The position numbers and the translations under genes were made by a program. A stretch of 64,000 nucleotides of DNA, taken from assembly GCA_964016885.1 (NCBI GenBank), contig OZ024753.1:7750001-7814000 (forward strand), read 5' to 3'. The notes under the pieces were generated by a model. The model saw only the letters and a list, made by a program, of their open reading frames with translations, searched no databases and was not told where the DNA came from. This stretch comes from Eledone cirrhosa (Eukaryota). Positions 27,210 to 40,282 of the stretch are shown in pieces (the first letter of the stretch is position 1; each line of letters begins with the position of its first letter).

Positions 27210-27457
27210 ATGTTCACTTAAAAATAATTTTGAAATAATTAAAATATACACAGACACATATATATATAATGTGAAATGAAACTGGAAGGCCCATAAATAT
27301 ACATGTGTGTATGTATATATATATAAATGTGTGTGTATGCATATATATATAAATGTGTGTGTATGTATATATATATAAATGTGTGTGTATGTATATATAT
27401 ATAAATGTGTGTGTATGTATATATATATAAATGTGTGTATTTGTATACATATATATA

Positions 27458-27490
<33 letters not shown>

Positions 27491-27803
27491 GGGTGTCTGT
27501 GATCTATATACACTGGTCATAGACACACATATATATATATACTCTCTCACAACCACTATATCTTTCTCTCTATCCTTCTCTCTCTCCCCCCTCTCTCTCT
27601 CTCTCTCTGAAGGTACCCGGAAAAAAACCCCATATCTCGGGAGCCCGTGATCCGATTTACTCGAAACTTGTTTTACTCCCTTTGTATTCCGATTTCAGGG
27701 GCAACCTCCTTGCAAAGTATTTTCCCGTTATGCGCCCTTTTGGCTGTATTACATTACAGACAAGCAAGCAAGCAATCACAGACTTTTAGTAATATATATA
27801 GAT
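27210..27803 (-). mobile_element. Non-autonomous Helitron (3' end missing)
   Basis: Colinear with 36960-37559; minus-strand 5' end A|TCTATATA. Confidence 0.65.
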
Positions 27804-28583
27804 ATACCATATATGCCGGCATACAAGTCGATCCGGCGCATAGGTCGACCCCTAAAATTCTGAGGTGTAATTCAGGTTTAAGCCTATATTCGCCCGATAA
27901 GACGCCCCCCCACACACACACACACACTCACACACACAAAAAAAAATAATAATGAATAAATAAAAATAAGGCAGTTGCATGCATGGCCAACAATTTCCGG
28001 GAAGAGGAAAGTCGATTAAATCTAACCCAGTGCATTACTGGTACTTTATTTTATCACAGACATTTTTATGACTACGGAGACAAAGAAAGAAAGCGCCGCC
28101 GTTAAAATTGATGATATGATATGATATGATATGATATGATATGTATCTTACGATAGTGGTAGATAGAATACTGGACGTATAGGAGACGTCTAGTGTATAT
28201 TTTATGGTATAGGAAACCGTTTATTGTATATAACCACGGATAAAGTTTTCAAACGGTTGTTTGTTATCAAAATGTCGGTAGGTACCAAACTCTTTGTTTA
28301 AAACGAATTAAAAATTATCCACATGCTTGAATCAGACCTCCCGGATGTTATAAAAAATTTTATGTAAACAGTTTTACATTCAATATAATCGCTACAGAGA
28401 TCAAAAGAATTGTGGCGTTTGCCGACAGAGACATTGTAGATGTATCGTAATGGCGGTGTAGGAATCGTATGTTTGAGATGGTGGTGGTTTTGGTGGTGGT
28501 TGGTGGTGCTGGGTGTGTGATGGTAATATTTGTTTGGTAAGATTGATCGGTGTTTACTGGCTATATTGTTATTGTATGCGTAA

Positions 28584-29145
28584 AGGAGGTGGATTGGCAG
28601 TATCGGTAGAGCGTCGGACACAATGCTTTGCAGCACATAGTTATGGCCCTTTACATTCTGAGCTCAAATCCCGTCGAGGTTAACTTTGCCTTCCGTCCTT
28701 ACGTGGGTCGATTAAATAAAGTACCAGTAATACACTGGATCATGGCTGGCCTTGTGCCAAAAGTAGAAACAATTATTGTATGCGCAAGGACGGTGGGTTG
28801 GCAGAATCGGTAGAGGGTCGGACGCCATGCTTTGTAGTAGAGAGTTACGGCCCTTTACGGTCTGAGTTCAAATCCCGCCGATGTTAACTTTTTGTCTTTC
28901 ATCCTTACGGGTCGATAAAATAAAGCACCAGTAACATACTGGGGTCTATTTAATCGACTTTTCCCTCTCCCCATATTACTAGCCTTGTGTCTATACTAGA
29001 AATCATTATTAACGAGATCATTATTAATGAGTTCAAATCCCGCCGAGGTTAACTTTGCCTTTCATCCTTACGGGGTCGATAAAATAAAATACCAGTAATA
29101 CACTGGAGTGATTGCTGGCCTTGTGCCTAAAATAGAAACAATTAT
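28584..29145 (+). mobile_element. Cluster of three SINE-A copies (28584-28775, 28787-29008, partial 29028-29145)
   Basis: Same A/B boxes and core as 26206-26394. Confidence 0.88.
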
Positions 29146-29147
29146 TA

Positions 29148-29334
29148 ACGAGACCACTCGTGACACGTTGGGTCACGTTAGCTTCAAAATATTTGTTTCA
29201 CTTAAAAATAATTTTTAAATAATTAAAATATACACAGACATATATATATAATGTGAAATGAAACGGCACCCTTTTGGCTGTATTACATTACAGACAAGTA
29301 AGCAAGCTATCACAGACTTTTAGTAATATATAGA
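29148..29334 (-). mobile_element. Internally deleted Helitron (both termini)
   Basis: Minus: A|TCTATATA start; GTGACCC-AAC-GTGTCAC hairpin then CTCG|T end (CTAG variant). Confidence 0.65.
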
Positions 29335-29861
29335 TTAACTAATCCACTCTTCAATTATTATTAATTAATTATTATTAATTAACTAATACATTCCTCTGGT
29401 GGCTACTCCTTTGACGCCAAACTCTGCAAGTTAAAGACTGCGCATCAACATGAGATATTTTTCTCCTCAAAGTTCGATCACCAACACCAGAGTTGAAAGA
29501 GCAAATATCAAGTCCAGTCCATAGGACGACAAGGTCACCTGGTGTAAAAGCTCTTTCGCCACATAATGTGTGACCTTCTCAATGACTATTGTAACTCCTT
29601 TGTGTCTCCTCTTCGTTTTGATTTTGTTTGATTTACTCCATCTTGTCATTCTGTGGTATGTGTCATAAAGCGGCTGTTTGCAAAATTAGCCGATCCAGAA
29701 TTCCTTATTCAAAGATTAAAAGTATCCGTTTATTAGAATCAAAGTTCGCATAATTGTTATATTCTTTGCTCCGTGTTACCATCCGGTTATTGTGGTCAAT
29801 AACCGGATGATAACAATTTAGTTAATTGGAAATTAAAACTATGTGAATGTAGGCCCACATA

Positions 29862-30349
29862 TACGCGAGTCGGCTGAAAGGTTCATTGGCTGACTATGTA
29901 GGAGTGATGCTAGAGCTGTGAAATCTTGAATGCATTAATTTCAATTCTTCTTGTTAATAGCTACATTGTTTCTTTCTCGAGACTATGTTGAAAAATAAAC
30001 CTCATTTGGTCATTCCATGAGAGTATCTCGGTCAACCTATGAAGGTGTGATGCTAGAGCTGTGAAATCTTGCATGCATTAATTTCAACTCTTCTTATTAA
30101 TAACTACATTGTTTCTTTCTCGAGACTATGTTGAAAAATAAACCTCATTTGGTCATTCCATGAGAGTATCTTGGTCAACCTATGAAGGTGTGATGCTAGG
30201 GCTGTGAAATCTTGCATGCATTAATTTCAATTCTTCTTGTTAATAACTACATTGTTTCTTTCCGGGGATTATGTTTAAAAATAAACCTCATTTGGTCATT
30301 CCATGAACGTATCTTAGTCAGCATATGAACTTTTCAGCCGACACTCATA
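29862..30349. mobile_element. Mariner-type MITE with internal 143-bp unit x3
   Basis: TA|CGCGAGTCGGCTGAAAGGTTCAT ... ATGAACTTTTCAGCCGACACTCA|TA; equivalent positions at 29904, 30047 and 30190. Confidence 0.8.
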
Positions 30350-30710
30350 GATCGATACTGAAATTCCAATATCGATCTATGCCAACTCTAAAATAGAGGT
30401 GATAGCCAACAAAAAAGAAATGTGCTTAATAACAGTTATAATATATAATTATAATTTTAACAAAACTGTTGTTTCATAGCTATATTTTAATATACACTTA
30501 AAACCTGACGGCGCATCGGGTTGCGGTCTACTCTCAGATCCGTATAATCACCCCCACCCCTCTGGTTTATCGATTTTTCAAATTTTTACGACCCCCCACC
30601 CTTCCCCACATCACGGATTATTAAATTTTGATAATCTATCTCCGGCGAAATGTTTCTTTATACATTAAAAAACATTATAGTTAAGATTGTACATGACCAA
30701 AAAATTACAT

Positions 30711-30887
30711 TACAGTAAAATTCCGTTATAAAGAAATATACGGGGTATTAAAAAATTCTTTGTAACGAAAAATTCTTTATAACGAGAATGACCTACACAT
30801 CGAGCGTGTGGCCTAGCATTGAAAGGAATTTCCTTATACTAAAAAATTCGTTATAATGGTATTCATTATAGCGGGATTTTACCTGTA
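30711..30887. mobile_element. pogo/Tigger-type MITE
   Basis: TA|CAGTAAAATTCCGTTATAA ... TTATAGCGGGATTTTACCTG|TA; internal CGTTATAAC-like repeats. Confidence 0.7.
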
Positions 30888-31069
30888 CTAGAAATCCCTT
30901 ACATTATAAAATAAATAGGATGGGTCGGGAGGGTCTCAATATGTAAACTAAACAACTAATTCTGGTTTTAAAAAAAAAGAAAGAAATCAACGGAGGCACA
31001 CCAACAAAAATTACTGATTTCCCCACCACCACCACCACCGCTTAACCCCACCCCCTATTATTTGGGGCC

Positions 31070-31412
31070 CGAGAGTGGTTTCTGCTGCACGTCGGGCTGA
31101 GGAGGCCAAACTCTCCAAGTACCGGTCGCTCTCCGACAGGTTTGCGGTCGTGCCCTTGGCAGTGGAGACACCTGGTGTCCTTGGCCCCAGGGCCACCTCC
31201 CTACTCACCACCATAGGCGCTGAGTTGGCCAACCGCAGGTGTGAGCCTCGCGAGTTGGAATGGCTCTTCCAGCGCATCTCCCTTACCATCCTCCTCTCCA
31301 GGAAAACGCCTTCTCCATTCTGTCCGCCGGGGCTGTGGGAAGGCCAGCATGTAGGACCCCATTTGCTCACCATACAGAGATATGAGGAGGGCGAGAGAGA
31401 TGGAGGCGACAA
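31070..31412 (+). mobile_element. CRE-like non-LTR retrotransposon 3' fragment (restriction-like endonuclease C-terminus)
   Basis: AEEAKLSKYRSL..RFAVVPLAVETPGVLGP.A..LL..IG..L....EPRE..WLFQRISL, then shifted frame ENAFSILSAG (K..KY, P.A.ET.G, QR.S..RGN motifs). Confidence 0.8.
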
Positions 31413-31800
31413 CAGACAAAAGTATTAAACAAATTAATTTTATTGGTAACGTAATGCTAGATCTTCAAAGTAAACGGAAGGAAATTATATGGAAAGCTCT
31501 TAATAAATAGGTACAGTACACTTTCTGTAGTAAGTCAAAGAGTCTGAATTAATTAATATTAGTAAGGCCATGTATAAGGAGAACAATAATTTTCTAAATT
31601 ACTTATACCGAGACTGACATGGTCAGACGTTGCCTTCCAGCTTTCTGGGGACAGTGAATGAGGTAACACAGACACATTAAATTAGATTCGATCGAATCTG
31701 GCTCCCTCTCCTACAAATATGTTGCCCCATGCATGAATTCATTACTTTCTCTCTATCTCCGTATATATCGTATATATACGTAGATAGACGTATATATATC

Positions 31801-31854
<54 letters not shown>

Positions 31855-32539
31855 GTGTGTATTCGTTGTCTATACATACTTTATATTATTTGAATCTTAG
31901 CCAAATTGAGAGTTCGTTAGGACATTTGTAATAGCAATTTTAAGCTAAATTTGGGCAATAATATTGTCTATATTTGTTTGAAATTCGAGGCATTTAATGA
32001 TTTCCTTTCATTGCTAAGATCCATAGTATATATTAAGTTCGTTAATTTATGGTTTAACTATGCTAAGTTAAGTTTCTACCATTTTCCAGTTCTATTTACT
32101 TTATGGTAAGCAGAAGAATATCATTATTATGGAATCCATAACGTATAGTTGTCTTTTGTTGAAGAATGATTTCAGCAAATTTCCAACATCGTTGATGAAT
32201 ACATAAATTGTAATAGAATCCGACCAATAATCCTAGAGGTTTTTCAAGAACTAAGTATGTGTATTTACTGATATTATGCATCATTATTCACCAAGCAGGC
32301 CAAACCGGCTCCTCTAGATTTATGTGTATCGCGCAAAGCTACTTCCTCCTATTTCGTTTGTTATTGTGTAAGGGCCACAATGAAACCACTCCATTATTTC
32401 GTTGTTGAAGACAGCAAGATGGTGTTTCAACAGGATATCAGCTTGTGAGCTTATTCTACTAAGATCTTCCGACATATTAAATCGGAATTTCATGCTCCAT
32501 TCGCATTTGAACCACTCACCCGATTGATCATCCGATTTC

Positions 32540-33860
32540 AGCATAGAGTTATGGCCCTTTACGTTCTGAGTTCAAATCCCGCCGAGGTTAACTTTGCCGT
32601 TCATCCTTACGGGGTGGATAAAATAAAACACCAGTAATGCACTGGGGTAATTGCTGGCCTTGTGCCAATAGTAGAATCATATGAGAGGGGTGCCCTTCCC
32701 GGCTGCCCCCGTAGCGTCGGGTGGTCCAAAATTGGTGGAGTACCTGAGTCAACCCTGAATGGTTAACCCCCCTATTGGGGAATTTTCATTGTTGTATTTT
32801 TCTTGTTTATTGTTATTGTTTTCCTATTTTTACTCGATTTTTGTGTAAACCCCCCCCCCCCACTGTCCTTGTCTATTGCATTGTCCCCTATATTTCGGCC
32901 CTTGTGGCCAATAAATGAAACCATTAGTATCGGTAGAGGGTCGGACGCCATGCTTTCCAGCATAGTTACGTCCCTTTACGATCTGAGTTCAAATCCCGCC
33001 GAGGTTGACTTTGCCTTTCATCCTTACGGGGTCGATAAAATAAAGTACCAGTAATGCACTGGGTAATTGCTGGCCTTGTGCCTAAAGTAGAAACAATTAT
33101 TATTATTATTATTTTTCGTGAACCCAAATTGACATTATCCCACTAAAAATAGATGAAATTCGAGTATAAATACCACAATAAAACAACCATATTGAACTGA
33201 GAGTTATAAGCCACAAGTTAATTTAACCCTTTAGCATTTAAAACGGCCATATGCGGTCAGGAAGGGCTCACCTCTTTCTGTTCAAACCAGCCATAATTGG
33301 CTGCTCATACTTATGTTAAGATATTTTCCCCAAAATAAATAATATCAAAATCTTATAGTTTTGATATTATGTGGGATAATTATGTGAGGTAAATATAGAG
33401 TAATATAAATGCTAAAGGATTAAGTCAGAAAATTCCCCAATTTCTGCTTGGCTTCCATTAATTGTATATTTGTATTGGCAGTATCGGTAGAGGGTCGGAC
33501 GCCATGCTTTGCAGCAAAGAGTTATGGCCCTTTATGGTCTGAGTTCAAATCGCGTCGAGGTTAACTTTGCCTTTCATCCTTACGGAGTCGATCAAATAAA
33601 GTACCAGTAATACATTGGGTTAATTGCTGGCCTTGTGCTAAAAGTAGAAACAATTAATTTTATATTTGTATATTAATTGTATATTAAGGTGAATTCAGGC
33701 AGTATCGGTAGAAGGTTGGCCGCCATTCTTTGCAGCTTAGAGTTAGACCCCTTTACGATCTGAGTTCAAATCCCGTCGAAGTTAACTTTGCCTTTCATCC
33801 TTACGGAGTCGATAAAATAAAGTACCAGTATGCTGGCCTTGTGCCAAAAGTAGAAACAAT
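32540..33860 (+). mobile_element. Cluster of SINE-A copies (32540-32678, 32925-33100, 33474-33655, 33697-33860) plus TTAA MITE 33227-33419
   Basis: Same diagnostic motifs as other SINE-A and MITE copies. Confidence 0.85.
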
Positions 33861-34791
33861 TAATTGTATATTTTCTGGGGCAACACCGAAATTCGAAACT
33901 GGATCTAAAATCAAAATGAAACCCAAAGCGACAAATTTGATTGGACGAGCGGAAAACATTCCTTGTCTATTATGACGTTTCAAGCTGTGACATATTTTGT
34001 ATACAATGTCTAATGTGGATTACAATATCGCTTGGATTACCGTTTCTCCTTAAAAACAAGAAGATATTCTAAGGTCTGTTACCATTTTGATAGTCATATA
34101 AATTTAGATTATCTTAATATCATGACAAATAATAAGTTTCTTCTGTGTTGTACTATACGTAAAGAGCATATTTTAAAGAAAAATGTTTGCTGTAACTTTT
34201 TTTTTTTTTAAATTTCGACTGCCAACATCGCCCCACTAAATACATTGCCCGACACCCTATCTAAACAGACCTATAGATCTATCTATCTATCTATCTATCT
34301 ATATATTATAACATATTATTATTATCTCCCAACTAGCAGACTAATTAGAGTAAGTTAAACAATTATTCACTTTTTTTTTATTGTGTTTTATTTTGATAAT
34401 AGATACTGGCATTTAATGTCCGTTAAAGGTTCTTGGCACTACCATTGTTACTATCGCATTCCTCTAGCCATGGGACTTGAAAACCTGAGCCGAATGTTAC
34501 CATTCTATTGTACATCGATGTGGGACTGCTCTTTCTAATAACCATCTTTTCACTATCTTATTAATTTCTGTTTGAGACACGTTTGCTGAGGGCTTTTGAC
34601 GGGAGCGAAAATATTTGTTTTCTAATCTCACGCCACCACGTAAAGTTTGTAAATCAGTGGCTGGTCGGGGGACAGAGTTGTATCAGATTCCAGTTGCTAA
34701 TCACTTTACTGTGTCGGCCGTCACAAACAGTCATAGCCGGCATGGGCTGGGGTTTGGATTCTGTCGATCGATTGGTTATTGATTAGGTGAA

Positions 34792-34902
34792 CCCGCTCAT
34801 GAAGCCACATGCGCCGATTATGCATTGTTGCATAATATATGCAGACATAGGGTGCAGTGCACCCTATTGCTGCATTAAGTGTGGCCGAAACTCGAGTCCG
34901 GG
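34792..34902 (+). ncRNA. Hammerhead motif with large branched stem II; core CTCATGA (G5>C)
   Basis: CCCG-CTCATGA-A-GCCACA[...two internal hairpins...]TGTGGC-C-GAAA-C TCGA G-TC-CGGG. Confidence 0.65.
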
Positions 34903-35046
34903 AACTACTATAGGCACCCGTTTTACGTGTGTTGTATTGAAGCAAATAGCTATGTGTATACTCTGGGAATGTATCCTACATTACCTATTGAGTACACTGA
35001 GATACAACCGGTCCTGGCATTGATAAATATGCTGGGTCCGTCAACT

Positions 35047-35098
<52 letters not shown>

Positions 35099-35165
35099 TC
35101 TTTCCAATGTAAAGCACGAAACTAATAGGACATTTGTACTTCTATTTGTTGCCTCCTTGAACTAT

Positions 35166-35198
<33 letters not shown>

Positions 35199-35201
<3 letters not shown>

Positions 35202-35367
35202 GAAAAGAGTCAGGGCTCCGACGGCTGAGCTCTGGCCGTTCCGACAGCTGTCGATCTAGCTGTCGATAGGACCGGAGCTCACCCGTCGGGTTCCTGACTC
35301 TACTACCCTAAGTATCGAGTACTCTGGTGCGTTATGGTCCACCTGCTTTCTTACCACACTGTCTTTG

Positions 35368-35369
<2 letters not shown>
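35199..35369. mobile_element. Fold-back element family H1 (diverged)
   Basis: Arms AGAGTCAGG..CCGACGG..GAGCTC / GAGCTC..CCGTCGG..CCTGACTCT; same terminal segment as 18125-18202. Confidence 0.7.
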
Positions 35370-35436
<67 letters not shown>

Positions 35437-35454
35437 GAGAGAGAGAGAGAAAAA

Positions 35455-35612
35455 AGCTTCTACAGGACTATAACTGTTTCATTCGTGAGAAATCATGATT
35501 TCTCACGAATGAAACAGTTCTAGTCCTGTACGTTTTCTATATTAAACATTTATACTCTGCACTGTATTGAGTACCTTACTTACTGTGGTTACCCCCGATT
35601 GAACCCCGGATA
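35455..35612. mobile_element. Fold-back element family H2 whose palindrome centre is inside the hammerhead core
   Basis: CTGTTTCATTCGTGAGAAATCA|TGATTTCTCACGAATGAAACAG. Confidence 0.75.
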
Positions 35613-35638
35613 ACTTTATATATATATGCATACATAGA

Positions 35639-36060
35639 TGTCGCTGTGGTAGGTCTCCCGACTCCACAGGCTTCTATGGTTTGTCTTGTCAAATGAATGC
35701 TGGTCGCATCAACCGCCACACCGAGCAAAACCTGATCATTCAGCGGGCCCTATTTCGTGTAAAGTTCTGGAGCCCGCTGGAATATCCAGAGTTGATGGGA
35801 ACAGACCAGGTGGTCTTACCTTTTGTCCCTAGGGATGAGGCAGATGTCTCATCTGAGACGTCACAGTCAGTGACTCTTCTCTTCCTTGCCACAACATGGC
35901 TGCCGCGATAAATTTGTCACTGCTTCCGTTGTCGAACGGAATAAAATCCGTAACTGAGAACTTTCAAACAATTATTTTTTCCAGCCTTTGGCATTCGACA
36001 AGTTTGCTGAAGCTGGGCCGCCGACAGCGACGCTTCTGTCATCTTTGACGACTCACCTTA
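35639..36060 (+). mobile_element. CRE-like non-LTR retrotransposon fragment: zinc knuckle plus restriction-like endonuclease, decayed
   Basis: CRCGRSPDSTGFYGLSCQMNAGRINRH..N.II.RAL, then LEPAGISRVDGNRPGGLTFCP*G*GRCLI*DVTVSD (RPDG..W..WD.T motif with stops), then NNYFFQPLAF. Confidence 0.85.
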
Positions 36061-36224
36061 ATTCCCCCTCTATCACTCTAATACTCACCCACTCCGCCCT
36101 CTTTATAATGTAAAAGTGTTATATGACACCAGACCTACCAATGCAGATATTGAAATTTTTCTTTCTGTCTATGTTTCTTGTTTTAAGAAAATTTAAGTGT
36201 TATGTTTACTAGTGTTATATAACT

Positions 36225-36760
36225 TTGAAGTTAGAAAAGCACTAGCATGGTTGGCATGCCACAGGCTACTAAAGGTGTGGAAGTCCGATCTCAACCACAA
36301 AATCAAGGCGCGCCTCTTCCTAGCAACTGTTGAATCCGTCCTGCTTTACGGCAGTGAAACGTGGACTATTGACAAAGTGTTATGCAAGAGACTTGACGGA
36401 TGTTACACGAGGATGTTGTGAATGGCTCTCAACATTTCTTGGAAACAGAAGCTGACAAATAAGGAACTATACAGATCACTACCACCAGTCTCAAAAAAAG
36501 TTGCCTGCAGACGAAGGAAACTGGCTGGGCACTGCATCTCAAGACATCTCAAGACAGCATCTCAACTTGTGCTCTGGAAACCGGCGGTCGGACATAGAAG
36601 CGTGGGAAGACAGGCCGTCTCATTCATTGATGCCCTGCTGAGAGATGCCAACATTGATAACATCGATGAACAGAGAAATGTCTTGCTCGACCGAGAGGGT
36701 TGGAGAAAGCGTGCTGAATCTTTGCGAGTGTGAACTCGGGCGACGTGCGTACGTATAATT
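36225..36760 (+). mobile_element. RTE-clade LINE 3' fragment
   Basis: RKALAW.AC..L.KVWKS...KARLFLATVESVLLYGSETWT...LDGCYTRML*MALNISWKQ..TN.ELY...RRRKLAGHC...DREGWR. Confidence 0.9.
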
Positions 36761-36903
36761 ACTAGCGAATTTTAGCGAGCAAAACTTTCTATACTCATGG
36801 CATTTCTGATGCCATAGAAAAGGTTATAAAAGGGTCTCAGATTGTTCATACCTTTGGCATTAATAGACAAGTTCTATGGTTATAGTTACATTTTCATTTA
36901 TCT

Positions 36904-37243
36904 CTAGACCACCCGTGACCCGTTGAGTCACATTCGCTTCAAAATATTTTTTTTTAAAATCATGTTCACTTAAAAATAATTTTTAAATAATTAAAATATA
37001 CACAGATATGTATATAATGTGAAATGAAACTGGAAGGCCCATATATATACATGTGTGTGTGTATGGAAATATATAAATGCGCGCGTGTGTGTGTGTGTGT
37101 GTGTGTGTATGGAAATATATAAATGCGCGCGCGTGTGTGTGTGTGTGTATGTATGTGTGTATGTATATATATGTGTGTGTGTGTGTGTATATATATATAT
37201 ACATGTGTGTGTGTAGGTATATAAATATGTGGGTGTCTGTGAT

Positions 37244-37283
<40 letters not shown>

Positions 37284-37559
37284 CAGCTCTTTCTTCCATT
37301 GTCCTTCTCTGTCTCCTCTCCCTCTCTCTATATATATATCTTTCAATCTACTCTCTCACAACCATTATCTCTTTCTCTCTATCCTTCTCTTCCTCTGTTT
37401 ATGAAGGTACCGATTTATGTGAAACTTGTTTTATTCCATTTGTATTCCCATTTCAGGGCCAACTTCCTTTCAAAGTATTTCCCCATTATGCGCCCTTTTG
37501 GCTGTATTACATTACAGACAAGCAAGCAAGCAATCGCAGAGTTTTAGTAGTATATAGAT
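36904..37559 (-). mobile_element. Non-autonomous Helitron carrying microsatellites
   Basis: Minus: 5' A|TCTATATA; 3' hairpin GTGACTC-AAC-GGGTCAC followed 7 nt later by CTAG. Confidence 0.72.
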
Positions 37560-37614
37560 TAAATAGAAGTACATACATCTAATCAATTAATCATTGCCAA
37601 GAACCTTATTAATA

Positions 37615-37803
37615 TAATTGTTTCTAATTTTGGCACCAGGCCAGAAATTATTCCAGTGTATTACTGGTACTTTATTTTATCGACCCCGTAAGAATGAAAG
37701 GCAAAGTTAACCTCGGCGGGATTTGAACTCAGACCAGAAAGGACCGTAACTCTATGCTGCAAAGCATGGCGTCCAACCCTCTACCGATACTGCCAATCCA
37801 CCA
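37615..37803 (-). mobile_element. SINE family A
   Basis: Reverse complement of the SINE-A consensus. Confidence 0.9.
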
Positions 37804-37819
37804 GAAATATATAACCAAA

Positions 37820-38035
37820 GCGAGAGAAGAAAAGAAACGAAGTGCGGCGTCAATCGGTCACACACCACAAGGGCCATGGCAAGTCTTTGAGACAAGCCAA
37901 CTCACTGGGAACATTGCCGCGAGTGATGGCGACGCTAAGGCACTGAAACAACCAAGTACCTTCACGAACATCACCAGATACCTGGGTAAGGCGAGCCGCT
38001 AATGACGACAAAAACTTCGCTGTCAGCGGCCCAGA
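37820..38035 (-). mobile_element. CRE-like retrotransposon extreme 3' fragment
   Basis: Minus translation LTAKFLSSLAARLTQVSGDVREGTWLFQCLSVAITRGNVPSELACL; its 5' part resembles 36012-36060. Confidence 0.8.
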
Positions 38036-38197
38036 TTATAGTTGATGGGGGCAGGGGCATACCTGTGTTGGGCATTAATTCTCTATTTGGTTTACTTTAC
38101 ATGGTCACTCGACTTGCTAGAAATAGCAGCTGTATATCTCTCTGAAACTATATTCTTTAAGAAATGGAAAATGACATATGGCAATGTAGTTCGTTGG

Positions 38198-38422
38198 TGA
38201 AGATGTGTGGGCCGAGTGGTTAGAGAGTTGGATTCGCAATCGTGAGGTTGTGAGTTCGATTCCTGGACCAGGTGATGCGTTATGTCCTTGAGTAAGACAC
38301 TTTATTTCCCGGTGCTCCTTCTACCTGGAGTTGCGACCGATAGATAGTATTAACAATTGGAAGGAAAGACCAACGGAAACATTGTTTCCTCGGTCCGATT
38401 TGACGAAAGTCGACCGACTCTC
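38198..38422 (+). mobile_element. tRNA-derived SINE family C
   Basis: GGCCGAGTGGTTAG, GAGTTCGATTCC, CCTTGAGTAAGACACTT, distinct tail; second copy at 63292-63508. Confidence 0.85.
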
Positions 38423-39057
38423 ATAATGTAGTTTGAGTTACAATATGTCTGAATTGAAAACTGGATGGTCGTGGGTGGAAAGTGTTGGTCACGTCTGTTC
38501 GATTAGAGCTGACTGACCTAGGGCTAAATTATATCAACTGATAATTAAATAACCACTAAAATAAACAAGTTCTTGAAAATCATTAACATTATTTATTTCT
38601 ATATTTCTTAATTAAGTTATGAAAAACAAACATTTTATCCCCACCTTTATCCACATCACTCTAACAATGCCTTTAAGGTGAAAACTTACGAAATATTTTT
38701 TAGAAAAAAATCAGAAAATTGTAATTTAATAATTAAAAGAAATCGCTTTTAAACAAAAATAACAGTCGCAAATTTACTTCAATGTGCATAAAAAGTCTTC
38801 ATACAGTAATAAAAAAAAATTGTTTGTAATTAAAAACGTAAAATTTGTCTCTATGAAATGTTTTTCTCTCCGTTTCATATGGCTTTACAACCTTTTAAAA
38901 ACAATTATGCCATACACCAGTATTTTTTAAATTTCCGTCCATGCCCACCGCGACACTGAAAAATCTGATGTTATTCTCCACTTAGTATTTTAGAAAAACT
39001 CATTTTTAGCAACGCATGTAAAATATTGAAAGGAGTATGCGCCTTTTCAATATGGTG

Positions 39058-39365
39058 GCAAGTACCGGTCGATCTCCGACAGGTGTCCAGTCGTGCCCTT
39101 GGCAGTGGAGACTTCTGGTGTCCTTGGCCCTAGAGCTACCTCCCTACTCACCACCATAGGCGCTGAGCAGGCCAGCCGCAGATGTGAGCCTCGCGAGATG
39201 AAATGGCCTTCTCCATTCTGTCCGCCGGGGCTGTGATGAGGCCAGCACGTGGGACCCCATTTGCTCACCAGAGAGAGAGATGGGGAGGGTGAGAGAGATG
39301 GAGGCGATGACAGTGGGAGTTCGGCTCTTCCACGTTCGGACCATCACTTTGTGCCTGAATGTGCA
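39058..39365 (+). mobile_element. CRE-like 3' fragment, same family as 31070-31412
   Basis: Nucleotide near-match (AAGTACCGGTCG..TCCGACAGG..GTGCCCTTGGCAGTGGAGAC) and shared 3' UTR. Confidence 0.8.
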
Positions 39366-39780
39366 GTTTTAGTAAGGCAATCTTCATACTCGTTGTCTTC
39401 GAGTCAACGAGGAAACTCTTACGTGGTCGCTTGATCTGTTAGAAATAGTAGTCAAATCTCCCTCAAATAACATCATATAGTGGTGGGACATGGAACAAAA
39501 TATACTTAAAACCAGAACAACTGATGTATATTTATGGAGGTCTCTGTGCTGGAAGGTGTTTATAAGACCCCTAAAAGGTATATGACGGCGTTCCTCGGGA
39601 CTTGCTGTGGACATTTCTGCAGGAGTAGCAGACCAATGGTCAGCATATTGTCATCTTGGTGTCTCTATATGACTGTTCGAGTATTTGTGTCCGGATAGGT
39701 GGTGCTAAATCGAAACCATTCAATGTGGGAGTCGGACTCCGCCAAGGTTGCGTACTGTCATCTCTCCTGTTCGTAATTTT

Positions 39781-40022
39781 TTAGAGGAATACGACTCATA
39801 CAGCCTCACTCCTTATCTCCCTTTGTTGTGGAACTCTTCTTTGCTAGATATCAAAGCGCTTTCGTCACTTAACAAATAGCTTACTCATGGACACAGACGC
39901 GCTGATAACTTCTTGTCATTGCTTCAGAAATAAAGTCTTGATAAAAGCAGCAAAGATTGTTCAAGATTCATTTATGGCAACAAAGGGAGATAAAGGGGTG
40001 AGCCTGTGCAAGTTGTATTCAT
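39781..40022. mobile_element. Unclassified MITE with ~42-bp TIRs and 7-bp target duplication
   Basis: TAATTTT duplicated at 39774-39780 and 40023-40029; TIR GAATAC.ACT...ACAG.CTCAC.CC.TTATCTCCCTTTGTTG. Removing the insert restores the RT frame LLFVIF|TNRID. Confidence 0.75.
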
Positions 40023-40282
40023 TAATTTTCACGAACAGGATTGACATGCAGAGCCGAGGTGGAAGTAATATCACGACTGGCGGGTGTAAAATCAGTCGGT
40101 TGGAATTTGCAGACGACATGGTGACGTAACTAGACAGAAGTTGATCTCCGACTAGCGTTTGATAGGTTTTGATGCCGAATACTGCATGGCTGGAATGAAA
40201 AGTAGTGCTGCGAAAATGAGACGCTTTTCTTAACCCTTTAGCATTCACATTACTCTATATATACTATTATATTTTCATGGTA

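Noticed and set aside
32096-32544. Two adjacent minus-strand ORFs suggesting a frameshifted gene
   Set aside because: No recognisable motif; short, AT-rich and truncated by a SINE.
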